A stretch of DNA of 64,000 nt from Pyrinomonadaceae bacterium (lineage in GTDB: Bacteria > Acidobacteriota > Blastocatellia > Pyrinomonadales > Pyrinomonadaceae): assembly GCA_046313635.1 (NCBI GenBank), contig JBKBYA010000001.1:831481-895480 (forward strand), read 5' to 3'. The position numbers and the translations under genes were made by a program. Below the pieces are notes generated by a model that ran no database searches, had not been told where the DNA came from, and saw nothing but the letters and a program-made list of their open reading frames with translations. Positions 18,366-28,109 of this stretch are shown one piece after another. Every line of letters begins with the position of its first letter. Position 1 is the stretch's first letter.

Positions 18366-20231
18366 CTACCGCACCGGCTCACGCAGTATCGCCTCGGCCG
18401 CGTCGCGCGCAAGCGCGGCGGCGCGAGGGTTTGACTCGCGAAGATTCGCGAGCTGCATCAGCGCCTCGCCCGTGCGGGCCAGCAGGCGAAAGAGGTCGCC
18501 CTCCTCGGCCTTTGTCGCGTCGACGAGGTCGTCCCAGTCCCACGCGTCGGCCCAGCGCTCGGCGGCGGCCGCGGCCGTGTAGTTGACATCCTCGGCAGGT
18601 TCGATGCCGAACGAAGATTCGATCTCGGCGACGCGGTAGATGACCTGTTCAAATTCGGAGAGCAGATCGAGCAGTTGGTTTGACAGTCTAAGCTCGCCGT
18701 AGTTCCGGTCAGAATCTGCGGCGACAGACGCCATCACGCCGGCGAGCTGCGGCACGGTCAGCTCGTCAAAGATGCCGGCCTTCAGAGCCTCGCCGACGAG
18801 CAGCGGCCGGTCGACGCGCAGGTCGGCGAGCCATTTGCCGGCCGCGGTAACAGCCTCGGCCGTGAAGTCGAGATAGCCAAAATGATCGAGCACGCGGGCA
18901 CGCTCCTCGAATGGCGTCCAGATCGTCGAGCGGAGGTACTCGATATCGCGTTCGATCTTGTCGAGCGTCTCGGCGTGACGCACATTCTCGATCAAGAGCT
19001 GCTGCAGCGCCGCGGTGTCGACGCCGCCGCGCACGGAGACGTCCGCCGCAAATCTCTCGAGCGTGCTTGCGAGCAGCTCGCCGGCCTGATCGACGGCGAT
19101 CGTCACGGCCGCCTGACGAGGTTCGTCGAGCGGCTCGTTGCGATGCTCGTAAACGTCGAAAAACGCCTGCTCGATCGCGTCGTCGCTGAGCGGGTAGATG
19201 CGCTTGAAGACGCGTGTCACCTCGCCGATCTCAAACGCCGCACCCTGGCCGTCGTCCCGCATAGCATTCACCTTTTGGCCGCTGACGCTGATGACGATAA
19301 AGAGCCGCTTGCCGCCGCGGCCTTTTGTGACGATGCGGCCCGGGACGACAGTTTTGCGCAGCCACTCGTAGCGCATCTCGGCACGAGTGGAAGGCACGCT
19401 TTGATGAACGCGTTCGATCACGCTCGATAGCCGCTCGTAGCCGCGAACGTTGTCAATGGTCAGGCCCGTGCCGGCGATCGATCCGCGGATCGCGCCGACG
19501 GTGCGCTCGCGTTTTTTTTCGAGGCGGTCGATCTGGTGACGAGTATTGCGAAAGGCAAAGCTCTTCTCGGCGATCTCGCGCACGGGAGCGAACGAACCGA
19601 AGGCGTCGAGCAGATTCAAGAGACTCGTGTACGTCGCGCGGAACTGGCTCTCGAGCGGATCGGGCGGAGCTTTTAGCAGCTCTGCGATCTTTCGCGGATT
19701 TTGAAATTGGCCTGGTGCGAGCACGACAAAGCCGACGTTGTCCTTGCCGCGTCGGCCGGCGCGGCCCGTCATCTGCTGCAGTTCGCTCGCACGCAGCGGC
19801 CGCCAGCCCTCGTTGCCTCGCGTGTCGGCATTTGTGATGACGACCGTGCGGGCCGGAAAGTCGACGCCGGCCGCGACCGTCGACGTCGCAAAGATCGCGT
19901 TGAGCAGACCGTCGGACATCATCTTTTCGATGACGAGCTTCCACGCCGGAATGTGCCCGGCGTGATGCGACGCGACGCCGGTATTGACGAGCATCTTGCG
20001 GTGCTTGTGATTGAGTATCTCGGGAGCGGCGGCCGCAAATTCGCGAAAGATCTCTTCGCGTCGACGCTGCCTTTCAGGATCGGTCCGCTGCGAACGGTCG
20101 CGCGAAACTTCCATCGCCGCCTCGTCGCACTTTCGCCGCGTCGGCAAAAAGACGATCGCCGGCAGCAGGTTGTACCTCTGCAGTGCGCCGATCAGCTTCG
20201 GCGGCGGTATCTCGGCCTGACAATTGTTCAT
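18366..20231 (-). CDS. Ski2/HelY-like helicase, C-terminal half only (RecA2 plus DSHCT-like domain)
   Basis: PAIVFLPTRRKCD, HHAG, FATSTVAAGVDFPA, QMTGRAGRRG and EGDLFR motifs; no Walker A or DExH. Confidence 0.8.
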   Translation of the reverse strand: MNNCQAEIPPPKLIGALQRYNLLPAIVFLPTRRKCDEAAMEVSRDRSQRTDPERQRRREEIFREFAAAAPEILNHKHRKMLVNTGVASHHAGHIPAWKLVIEKMMSDGLLNAIFATSTVAAGVDFPARTVVITNADTRGNEGWRPLRASELQQMTGRAGRRGKDNVGFVVLAPGQFQNPRKIAELLKAPPDPLESQFRATYTSLLNLLDAFGSFAPVREIAEKSFAFRNTRHQIDRLEKKRERTVGAIRGSIAGTGLTIDNVRGYERLSSVIERVHQSVPSTRAEMRYEWLRKTVVPGRIVTKGRGGKRLFIVISVSGQKVNAMRDDGQGAAFEIGEVTRVFKRIYPLSDDAIEQAFFDVYEHRNEPLDEPRQAAVTIAVDQAGELLASTLERFAADVSVRGGVDTAALQQLLIENVRHAETLDKIERDIEYLRSTIWTPFEERARVLDHFGYLDFTAEAVTAAGKWLADLRVDRPLLVGEALKAGIFDELTVPQLAGVMASVAADSDRNYGELRLSNQLLDLLSEFEQVIYRVAEIESSFGIEPAEDVNYTAAAAAERWADAWDWDDLVDATKAEEGDLFRLLARTGEALMQLANLRESNPRAAALARDAAEAILREPVR

Positions 20232-20319
20232 TCATTTCGATTATAGCTGAATCCGAATGGAGTTATTGTCACTTCGGTAGTGTATACATATTGTCAGAGT
20301 CGAACGTCGCTCTACCTCC

Positions 20320-20354
20320 AAAAAAAAGCCCTCGACTCTTCTTGCCAAGGGCTC
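20320..20354 (-). terminator. intrinsic terminator of the lower-GC gene pair
   Basis: Minus strand GAGCCCTT...GAGGGC followed by T8. Confidence 0.75.
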
Positions 20355-20381
20355 AACAGTCAATCGTGTGATCGCTCTTTA

Positions 20382-20573
20382 CTACACCACTGTCACCGTA
20401 GCTCCACACGGAACGCTAACGGTCCCCGATTCGCTTGTAACCTGTCCCTGCTGACCGTTTGGAAGCGACCAAACTGCTGTATGTCCAGCCGGAAGCGCTT
20501 GGGTGCACATGTTGGGACCGCTATCACATCCGTCACACTGCGAGACAAAGATCGTCATAATGACAATAAGCAA
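20382..20573 (-). CDS. small Cys-rich, probably secreted protein (start uncertain, possible frameshift)
   Basis: Hydrophobic N-terminus then CDGC; 4 Cys; lies between the upstream stop and a terminator. Confidence 0.45.
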   Translation of the reverse strand: MLIVIMTIFVSQCDGCDSGPNMCTQALPAGHTAVWSLPNGQQGQVTSESGTVSVPCGATVTVV

Positions 20574-20586
20574 AATCCTTATTGGG

Positions 20587-21510
20587 TCATTGCTGCACCC
20601 CCTGTTCCGAGATTCGGTTTAAGACACGGGTAATGCTCGAATCATTCAGCACCAGGCTGACAGGAGTGCTGAAAAGGTAGCCGTTTTCGCCGTATGCCTT
20701 ATTTCCGCTCGGACTGGGATATTGCTGCCCGGTCGCATGGCTGATGCCCTGCTGCAGGCTCTGCATGCGCGATTGCAAACCTGTTTGGTTATATGCAAGC
20801 GGATCGTCTGTTGCCACCGAGTAGGTAATGAGCAGGGCCTGCATCGGGGTAAGTCCGGACTTGGCGTTTCCAAAGTACTCGGGACTCGCGCTCGACAACA
20901 GATTAACTTTGCGCTCGACCTCCAAAGCGACCCTGTTAGCGATCGCGCTGTATTCGGCTTTATCGACACCGCCGTTTCGAATCGAGGTGACCTCAGACTG
21001 AAAATCAGTTGCGTACAGGGTGCCCTCTCCGTTAGCTCGCAGCTTTACGTTGCTCCTGCCTTGCTGAAAACCGGTCGGCAGACCCGGCGCGTTGAAACCG
21101 CGCAAAGTTTCCGTCGCACTTGCGATCTGCGTATCGGTTAGCTGTGGAATTCTCTCAACGATCACGTCGGTCAGAATTTCGCTGAGCTGCGATACCGCAA
21201 TCCGTTTCGAGTCTGCCCAAAAGCTCTGCTCGACAGTTCCCAGGAGGCTTTTGTTCGAGTTGCTGATCTGAACGCCCGATCTGTAGTAAACAAAATCAGC
21301 AAGATTATTGGTTGCCGCCGAAATCTGGGAAAGGTTGTTCGAGGTTGGCAGACCGACCTCGGCCAAACCGTTTCTGATTTGTTGCTTAAATGCCTGGTCG
21401 GGCGTTGCTCCCGTCGAGATGCTCGAACTCCAGATCAGAGATGTTGCCGCAACGGCAAGTAGACAAACTGCTGCGACAGCAAAACTACGCTTAGTTTTTT
21501 GAGCCTGCAT
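20587..21510 (-). CDS. hypothetical secreted protein, lower GC
   Basis: Long ORF; signal peptide after MQAQKTKR; no recognised motif. Confidence 0.7.
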   Translation of the reverse strand: MQAQKTKRSFAVAAVCLLAVAATSLIWSSSISTGATPDQAFKQQIRNGLAEVGLPTSNNLSQISAATNNLADFVYYRSGVQISNSNKSLLGTVEQSFWADSKRIAVSQLSEILTDVIVERIPQLTDTQIASATETLRGFNAPGLPTGFQQGRSNVKLRANGEGTLYATDFQSEVTSIRNGGVDKAEYSAIANRVALEVERKVNLLSSASPEYFGNAKSGLTPMQALLITYSVATDDPLAYNQTGLQSRMQSLQQGISHATGQQYPSPSGNKAYGENGYLFSTPVSLVLNDSSITRVLNRISEQGVQQ

Positions 21511-21690
21511 ATTGTTGTGTCCGGTGTTAGGGATTTTGGTTAACTCAGAAAGAGTTGGCAAAAATTTAGCATTTGTTTTTTTTTGCTCGTCAATGTAGTT
21601 TTTTTGATCCGTGTAGCGGGGCCAAATCCCTGGAGAACCTTCGACACCTTGATGCCGGTTCGATGATACGATTTGGTATCATCGCTCAAG

Positions 21691-22791
21691 ATGAAGAAAT
21701 GGCTCGTCAGGATCGTGATCTTTATCCTGATGGTCGTCATCGCCCTTGTCGGAGCCGCGTTTTGGAGTGACAGCGACGAGCAGGTTGTGACGCGATACGT
21801 AAAAAACGAATCGGTGCCTGTGATCAGGGACGGCTGGCCCGGGAATGCCGTCGACCGGCGCGGCCGTTTTATCAATCACGAACACCCGTTCCTGCCCAAG
21901 GCCCTCGACCTGCTGCATTGGCAGCTCGGCACAAATCATTTCAAAGACGAAAAGAAGAACGACACCTTCAGGCTCGAGGTCCGCGACTCGAGCGAATTTC
22001 TCGCGTCCGACCGCGACGGCATCGTGTGGCTCGGGCATGCGACCTTTTTCATTCGTCTCAACGGCGTCGGCATCCTGACCGATCCGGTATTCGGCTCGCC
22101 GGCGTTCGTAAAGCGGTACGTCGATGTGCCGTCGCCGCTCGATAATCTCAAAACGGTCGACTACGTCCTGCTCTCGCACGATCATCGCGATCACACCGAC
22201 GAAGACTCGATCCGCGCGATCGCCGAACGCTTTCCAAAGGCGCGCTTTCTCGGCGGGCTGCGAATGGATGAGCTTGCCGGCGAATGGGACATCGCTCGCG
22301 AGCGGTGGCTCACGACCGGCTGGTTTCAGCCATTCGGCACCGGTGACGAGCGCGTCGAGATCTATTTCCTGCCCGTGCGGCACTGGTCGCGGCGCGGCCT
22401 GGCGGATACGAACTGGCGGCTCTGGGGCGGATTCGTGATCAGGTCTGCAAAGGCGACCATCTATTTCGGCGGCGACAGCGGATACGGGCGCCATTATCGC
22501 GAGACGGGCGAGCTGTTTCCGAATATCGATCACTTCCTGATCGGCATCGGCGCGTACGAGCCGCGGTGGTTCATGGAGCCGAATCACAACAACCCAAGCG
22601 ACGTCGTAAAGGCGTTCGTCGATTCGGGTGCGAAGACGCTCGTGCCGATGCACTACGCGACCTTCGACCTGTCGGACGAGCCGCCGGGCCAGCCGCTGCG
22701 TCTGCTGCGCGAAGAGGCGGAGAAGGCGGACGTTGCTGACCGGGTTCGGCCGATAGCGATCGGCGAGAGCATTGCGATCGGCGGGCAGTAG
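21691..22791 (+). CDS. MBL-fold metallo-hydrolase (NAPE-PLD/RomA-like)
   Basis: WLGHAT, SHDHRDH, HWSRRG, GGDSGY and PMHY motifs. Confidence 0.9.
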   Translation: MKKWLVRIVIFILMVVIALVGAAFWSDSDEQVVTRYVKNESVPVIRDGWPGNAVDRRGRFINHEHPFLPKALDLLHWQLGTNHFKDEKKNDTFRLEVRDSSEFLASDRDGIVWLGHATFFIRLNGVGILTDPVFGSPAFVKRYVDVPSPLDNLKTVDYVLLSHDHRDHTDEDSIRAIAERFPKARFLGGLRMDELAGEWDIARERWLTTGWFQPFGTGDERVEIYFLPVRHWSRRGLADTNWRLWGGFVIRSAKATIYFGGDSGYGRHYRETGELFPNIDHFLIGIGAYEPRWFMEPNHNNPSDVVKAFVDSGAKTLVPMHYATFDLSDEPPGQPLRLLREEAEKADVADRVRPIAIGESIAIGGQ

Positions 22792-22866
22792 GCAGCACGT
22801 CGAGCGCTTGATTACCGACTCCGTCGTTCTTTCTCATATAATCTCCGCATCGCCTGCCCGGCCGAT

Positions 22867-23664
22867 ATGCTCAACGGAAAGAAGATCATCGTCGTGATGC
22901 CGGCTTACAACGCCGCACGCACCTTGTCGCGGACCGTCGCCGAGATACCGCGCGACCTCGTCGACGAGATCCTGCTCGTCGACGACGCGAGCTCGGACGA
23001 GACCGTGCGGCTGGCGAGCGAGCTCGACCTGACGGTCTTTATTCACGAGAGGAACTTCGGCTACGGCCGCAATCAAAAGACCTGCTACCGCGAGGCTCTC
23101 CGCCGCGGAGCCGACGTGGTCGTGATGGTGCATCCCGACTATCAGTATTCGCCGCACCTTATCGTCCCGATGGCCGGCATGATCGCGTATGGCGAATACG
23201 ACGCCGTCATCGCCTCGCGAATCCTCGGCAAAGGCGCTCTCGCCGGCGGCATGCCGATGTACAAATACATCGCCAACCGCTTCTTGACGCTCGCCCAAAA
23301 TCTGCTGATGGGCTACAAGCTGTCGGAGTATCACACGGGCTTCCGCGCCTTCAGCCGCGAGGTGCTCGAGCGTCTGCCGCTAGAGGAGAATTCGGACGAC
23401 TTCGTCTTTGACAACGAGATGCTCGCGCAGGTGATCTACTTCGGCTGCCGCGTCGGCGAGATCTCGAGCCCGACGCGCTACTTTGCCGAGGCGTCGTCGA
23501 TCAACTTTTCGCGTTCGGTCAGGTACGGCCTCGGCGTGCTGGCGACGTCGCTCAAGTTTCGTGCGCGTCGAATGGGCGTCGCCCGGCCCCGCATCTTCGA
23601 GAGCAGCGAAAACCGTCTGCCGGCCGATTATTACCACGAGATCGAAAGCAGCAGCCGGACCTGA
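22867..23664 (+). CDS. GT2 glycosyltransferase, polyprenol-phosphate sugar synthase (DPM1-like)
   Basis: VMPAYN, VDDASSD, NFGYG, HPDYQY and GFRAF motifs. Confidence 0.88.
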   Translation: MLNGKKIIVVMPAYNAARTLSRTVAEIPRDLVDEILLVDDASSDETVRLASELDLTVFIHERNFGYGRNQKTCYREALRRGADVVVMVHPDYQYSPHLIVPMAGMIAYGEYDAVIASRILGKGALAGGMPMYKYIANRFLTLAQNLLMGYKLSEYHTGFRAFSREVLERLPLEENSDDFVFDNEMLAQVIYFGCRVGEISSPTRYFAEASSINFSRSVRYGLGVLATSLKFRARRMGVARPRIFESSENRLPADYYHEIESSSRT

Positions 23665-23684
23665 ACGTCCGGCCAGATCAGTTG

Positions 23685-25643
23685 ATGTCAAAAGAGGATC
23701 AAACCATCGAACGCGGTCCAAACCGCGAACCCGTCATCATCGCCGCCCTGGGCCTTCTCGTCCTCGCGATCTATTACCAGACGACCGGCTTCGGCTTTAT
23801 CAATTTCGACGACAATCTCTACGTCTACGAAAATCCGGTCGTTAAGAGCGGATTGCATTGGGAGACCGTCCGCTGGGCGTTTGGCGCGCTCTGGTCGGCC
23901 AACTGGCACCCGCTGACGTGGCTATCGCACGCGGCGGACGTTCAGCTCTTCGGCCTCAACCCCGGCGGGCATCACGCGGTCAACGTGCTGCTGCATCTCG
24001 TCAATTCGATCCTCGCGTTCGTGGTCTTTCGACGGATGACGGGCGAGACATGGCCGAGCGCTTTTGTCGCGGCGCTGTTTGCCGTGCATCCCGCACACGT
24101 CGAGTCGGTCGCCTGGATCGCCGAGCGAAAGGACGTTCTCAGCACCGCGTTCTGGCTGCTCGCGATGTATGCGTACGCCGGCTACGCCGAGAGCTCGGCA
24201 GCTGCCGCCGACTCGTTGGCCCGGCGATGGAAGAGCAAGAGCTATATCCTGACGGCGGCGCTTTTGGCACTCGGTCTGATGGCAAAGCCGATGCTTGTGA
24301 CGCTGCCATTCGTGCTGCTGCTGAGCGACTACTGGCCGCTGAGGCGTATGCAGGCCGCATCCGACGTGCGTTGGCTCGTCGTCGAAAAAATTCCTCTCTT
24401 TGTCCTGACGGCCGCGTCGAGCGTCGTGACGTTTCTCGCGCAGCGTTCGGCGGGAGCGGTCGAGTCCTTGTCGTACCTGCCGCTCGCAAAGCGTGTGGCA
24501 AATGCCGTCGTCTCGTATTCGTCCTATATCGCGACGCTTTTTTATCCCTTGGACCTCGCCGTCTATTACCCGTACCGCGACGACATTTCGGCCGCCAAGA
24601 CCGCGGGCGCGGCATTGCTGCTGATCGCGGTCACCGCCGTCTGCTGGCGGCTGGCCAGACGGCGCCGGTATTTGCTGTTCGGATGGCTTTGGTATCTCGG
24701 CACGCTCGTTCCCGTGATCGGCCTCGTGCAGATCGGCTCGCAGGCGCTCGCCGACAGGTACACGTACTTTCCGTACTTCGGTCTGTTTGTGATGATCGTC
24801 TGGACGGTATGGGAGCTGCTGCAGCGTACCGGCAGCAGCGCACAGCGTGCCGCGCTGGCGGCATCGGCGGTCATTGTGCTGATACTCGCTCTCGTCTCGC
24901 ACCGGCAGGCCGCGTACTGGAAAGACAACGAGACGCTCTATACCCGAACGCTGGCCGTCACCGGCGACAATTACATCATCTCGCACAACCTCTGTTACGA
25001 CCTGATAACGCGCGACCGGCTCGACGAGGCCGAGCCGTACTGCCGCCGTTCGATCGAGATCAAGCCGACGTACTACAACGCCTACAACACGCTGGGCATC
25101 GCCGACTTCAAACGCGGGCAGTATGCGTCGGCCGAGACAAATTTCAAGATCGCCGTCGACAACGCGCCGGACTTTGCGCTCGGATATGTCAACCTCGCGC
25201 AGGCGCAGTCGCGGCAGGGCAAGGCCGCCGAGGCAGAGGCGACGCTGCGTAAGGCTGCCGAGTCGGCGGGCAACGTGCCGCTCGACGTCTTTGCCTCGGC
25301 GCTCGCCGACATCGCCTCGGCATACGCCGAGCATAAGGACTACGCAAAGGCGGCAGAGAATCTGCGCAGGCTCGTTTACGTCAGGCCGTTTGACCCGTCG
25401 GCGCGCAGCCGGCTCGCTCTGATGCTGCATCTCGACGGCCGAGACGACGAAGCCGCGCCGGAGATCGCCGCCGCGCTTGAGATCGACCCAAACGACCCGG
25501 CCGCTCACAACATCGCCGGAATGGTCGCTGCCGCGCGCGGCGATCGTGCGGAAGCCGAGGTGCAATTCGAACAGGCGCTCCAGCTAAAGCCCGACTACCA
25601 AGAGGCAAAAGACAATCTCGCAAAACTCAAAGGTGCAAAATGA
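23685..25643 (+). CDS. TMTC-like GT-C membrane glycosyltransferase with C-terminal TPR repeats
   Basis: FDDNLYV, NWHPLTWLS, HPAHVESVAWIAERKD, ADRYTY; TPR repeats at C-terminus. Confidence 0.82.
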   Translation: MSKEDQTIERGPNREPVIIAALGLLVLAIYYQTTGFGFINFDDNLYVYENPVVKSGLHWETVRWAFGALWSANWHPLTWLSHAADVQLFGLNPGGHHAVNVLLHLVNSILAFVVFRRMTGETWPSAFVAALFAVHPAHVESVAWIAERKDVLSTAFWLLAMYAYAGYAESSAAAADSLARRWKSKSYILTAALLALGLMAKPMLVTLPFVLLLSDYWPLRRMQAASDVRWLVVEKIPLFVLTAASSVVTFLAQRSAGAVESLSYLPLAKRVANAVVSYSSYIATLFYPLDLAVYYPYRDDISAAKTAGAALLLIAVTAVCWRLARRRRYLLFGWLWYLGTLVPVIGLVQIGSQALADRYTYFPYFGLFVMIVWTVWELLQRTGSSAQRAALAASAVIVLILALVSHRQAAYWKDNETLYTRTLAVTGDNYIISHNLCYDLITRDRLDEAEPYCRRSIEIKPTYYNAYNTLGIADFKRGQYASAETNFKIAVDNAPDFALGYVNLAQAQSRQGKAAEAEATLRKAAESAGNVPLDVFASALADIASAYAEHKDYAKAAENLRRLVYVRPFDPSARSRLALMLHLDGRDDEAAPEIAAALEIDPNDPAAHNIAGMVAAARGDRAEAEVQFEQALQLKPDYQEAKDNLAKLKGAK

Positions 25644-27226
25644 CGAATATCGATCGACGGACATTCCTCACTTCTTCGGCTGCCGGTGCGGCCGGCCTGA
25701 TGCTTGCCGCCGCGTCGGCCGACGCTCATACGCCGGCAGAGATCTCGCTCGAGGAGACAACTGTCGCCGAACTGCAATCGGCGATGACGCGCGGCTCGGC
25801 GACCTCGCGGCAGATCACGCAGGGCTATCTCGCGCGCATCGCCGAGATCGACAAAAAACTGAATTCGGTGATCGAGGTCAACTCCGACGCGCTCGCCATC
25901 GCCGACGCAATGGACCGCGAACGCAAGGCCGGAAAGACTCGCGGCCCGCTGCACGGCATTCCAGTCCTGATCAAGGACAACATCGACACCGGCGACAAGA
26001 TGAAGACCACCGCCGGTTCGCTCGCGTTCGTCGACGCGCCGGCGCCGAAGGACGCCTTCATCGTCACGCAGCTTCGCAGCGCCGGCGCGGTGATCATCGG
26101 CAAGACGAATTTGAGCGAATGGGCAAACTTTCGTTCGACGCGCTCGTCGAGCGGCTGGTCGGCGCGCGGCGGGCAAACGCACAACCCGTACATCCTCGAT
26201 CGCAATCCGTGCGGCTCGTCGTCGGGCTCGGGCGCGGCCATCGCCGCCAATCTCGCCGCGATCGCGGTCGGCACCGAGACCGACGGTTCGATCATCTGCC
26301 CTTCGGCGACGTGCGGCATCGTCGGCATCAAGCCGACACTCGGCCTCGTCTCGCGATCGGGCATCATCCCCATCGCGCACAGCCAGGACACGGCCGGGCC
26401 GATGACGCGCACCGTCGCCGACGCGGCAGCGCTGCTCAACGTTTTGGTCGGCGCCGACCCGAACGACTCGTCGACAACCGCGGGCGGAAAACGCTTTGAG
26501 CGCGTCGATTACACGAGCTTTTTGCAGAAGGACGGCCTGCGCGGCGCGAAGATCGGCGTCGCTCGTCAGTACTGGGGACGCAATCCAAAGGTCGACGCGC
26601 TGATCGAGCCGCAGCTGCAGGTGCTGAAGGACGGCGGTGCGACGCTCGTGGATGTCGAATTCCCGAAGCTGCGCGATTTTGGCGATGCCGAGTACGAGGT
26701 CTTGCTTTACGAATTCAAAGAGGACCTCAACAAGTATCTCGCCGGCCGCGGCGGCCGGTACAAAACGCTCAAGGACCTGATCGACTTTAATATCAAGAAC
26801 GCCGATCGAGAGATGCCGTACTTCGGCCAGGAGATCTTTATCGCCGCCGAGGAGAAGGGCGATCTCAACGACCGTGCATACCGCATCGCGCTTTTGCAGA
26901 CCAAGCTGATGACGCAGGAGCAGGGCATCGACGGAGCGGCGGCAAAGTACGGCGTCGATGCCTTTGTCGCACCGTCGGGCGGCGTCGCGTGGTACACCGA
27001 TCTCGTCAACGGCGACTGCGGCGTATTTGAGAGCTCGTCGCTCGCGGCCGTGGCAGGATATCCAAACATCACGGTTCCCGCCGGTTACATTCAAGGCCTG
27101 CCGGTCGGGATATCGTTCTTCGGTAAGGCCTATTCCGAGCCGACGCTGATCAAGATCGCCTACGCCTACGAGCAGGCGACAAAGGCGAGAAAGAAGCCGC
27201 AGTTTTTAGCGACGTACGGCGGCTGA
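25640..27226 (+). CDS. amidase (amidase signature family) with Tat signal
   Basis: DRRTFL, IKDNI, GSSSGS and GTETDGSI motifs. Confidence 0.93.
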   Translation: MTNIDRRTFLTSSAAGAAGLMLAAASADAHTPAEISLEETTVAELQSAMTRGSATSRQITQGYLARIAEIDKKLNSVIEVNSDALAIADAMDRERKAGKTRGPLHGIPVLIKDNIDTGDKMKTTAGSLAFVDAPAPKDAFIVTQLRSAGAVIIGKTNLSEWANFRSTRSSSGWSARGGQTHNPYILDRNPCGSSSGSGAAIAANLAAIAVGTETDGSIICPSATCGIVGIKPTLGLVSRSGIIPIAHSQDTAGPMTRTVADAAALLNVLVGADPNDSSTTAGGKRFERVDYTSFLQKDGLRGAKIGVARQYWGRNPKVDALIEPQLQVLKDGGATLVDVEFPKLRDFGDAEYEVLLYEFKEDLNKYLAGRGGRYKTLKDLIDFNIKNADREMPYFGQEIFIAAEEKGDLNDRAYRIALLQTKLMTQEQGIDGAAAKYGVDAFVAPSGGVAWYTDLVNGDCGVFESSSLAAVAGYPNITVPAGYIQGLPVGISFFGKAYSEPTLIKIAYAYEQATKARKKPQFLATYGG

Positions 27227-27253
27227 GCTAGGCAAGTCAAAACAATGCGCGGG

Positions 27254-28015
27254 TCACGAGCGGGCGATGCGGTCCGCTCTTTTGTTTAAGAGCATCAAGC
27301 CTTCTAACGTCAATTCCGGTTCGACGACCTCGACGCTCCTGCATTTGTCCGCGATCAGGTGCGCGAAGCCGCCGGTGGCGATCACGCGGGCGTCGTCGCC
27401 GATCTCGGCTTTGATGTGCGGGACGGCGGTTTCGACGAGGCCGATCTGGCTGTAGAAGATGCCGGACTGGATCGCGGTGACGGTCGTCGTGCTGATGACG
27501 TTGGGCGGTTCGGCGATGTCGACCTCGGGCAGCTTTGAAGCGACGATCTGCAGTGCTTTGGCGGTCGTCGCAGGCCCCGGAGCGATGAGTCCGCCGCGAT
27601 GTTCGCGGTCGCGGTCGATGACGTCGATCGTCGTCGCCGTGCCGAAGGCCACGACGATGCACGGCGCGCCGTACTTTTCGACGGCGGCGAACGAATTCAC
27701 CAGTCGATCGGTCCCGGCCTCGTCGATCGGGAAGTTGAAGACAAGCGAAAAATCGTCCGACGTTTTAACAAAAGCCGGTTCGACGCCGACGATCTGTGCG
27801 AGGTACTCGGCAAAGGCCGCGTCGAGCTCGGGCACGACCGACGAGACGAGCGTCGCGGCAAAGCGCCGGCCGTCGAGCGCTCCGTCCGCCGCCGCGTCGA
27901 TGTCTCGGGCCGTGTACTCGCGTCGTGTCGGGATGATGAATTTGGATGTGAGGTCGTCGCCGTCAAACACACCGAACTTGATCGATGTATTGCCGATGTC
28001 GATGGCGAGAAACAT
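27254..28015 (-). CDS. coaX: type III pantothenate kinase
   Basis: IDIGNT, SSVVP, GTDR, FGTATT, GGLIAPG and ATGG motifs. Confidence 0.93.
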   Translation of the reverse strand: MFLAIDIGNTSIKFGVFDGDDLTSKFIIPTRREYTARDIDAAADGALDGRRFAATLVSSVVPELDAAFAEYLAQIVGVEPAFVKTSDDFSLVFNFPIDEAGTDRLVNSFAAVEKYGAPCIVVAFGTATTIDVIDRDREHRGGLIAPGPATTAKALQIVASKLPEVDIAEPPNVISTTTVTAIQSGIFYSQIGLVETAVPHIKAEIGDDARVIATGGFAHLIADKCRSVEVVEPELTLEGLMLLNKRADRIARS

Positions 28016-28023
28016 GCTTAAAA

Positions 28024-28099
28024 AGTTCAGGGTTTAGAGTTCAGGGTTCAGAGTTCGCGAGTCAATTAACCCGGAACGCTGAACCCTGAACTCTAAACC
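28024..28099. repeat. inverted 7-bp tandem repeat hairpin (RGTTYAG units)
   Basis: 28031-28056 matches the reverse complement of 28074-28099 at 25 of 26 positions. Confidence 0.9.
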
Positions 28100-28109
28100 A
28101 TTGACCGGT

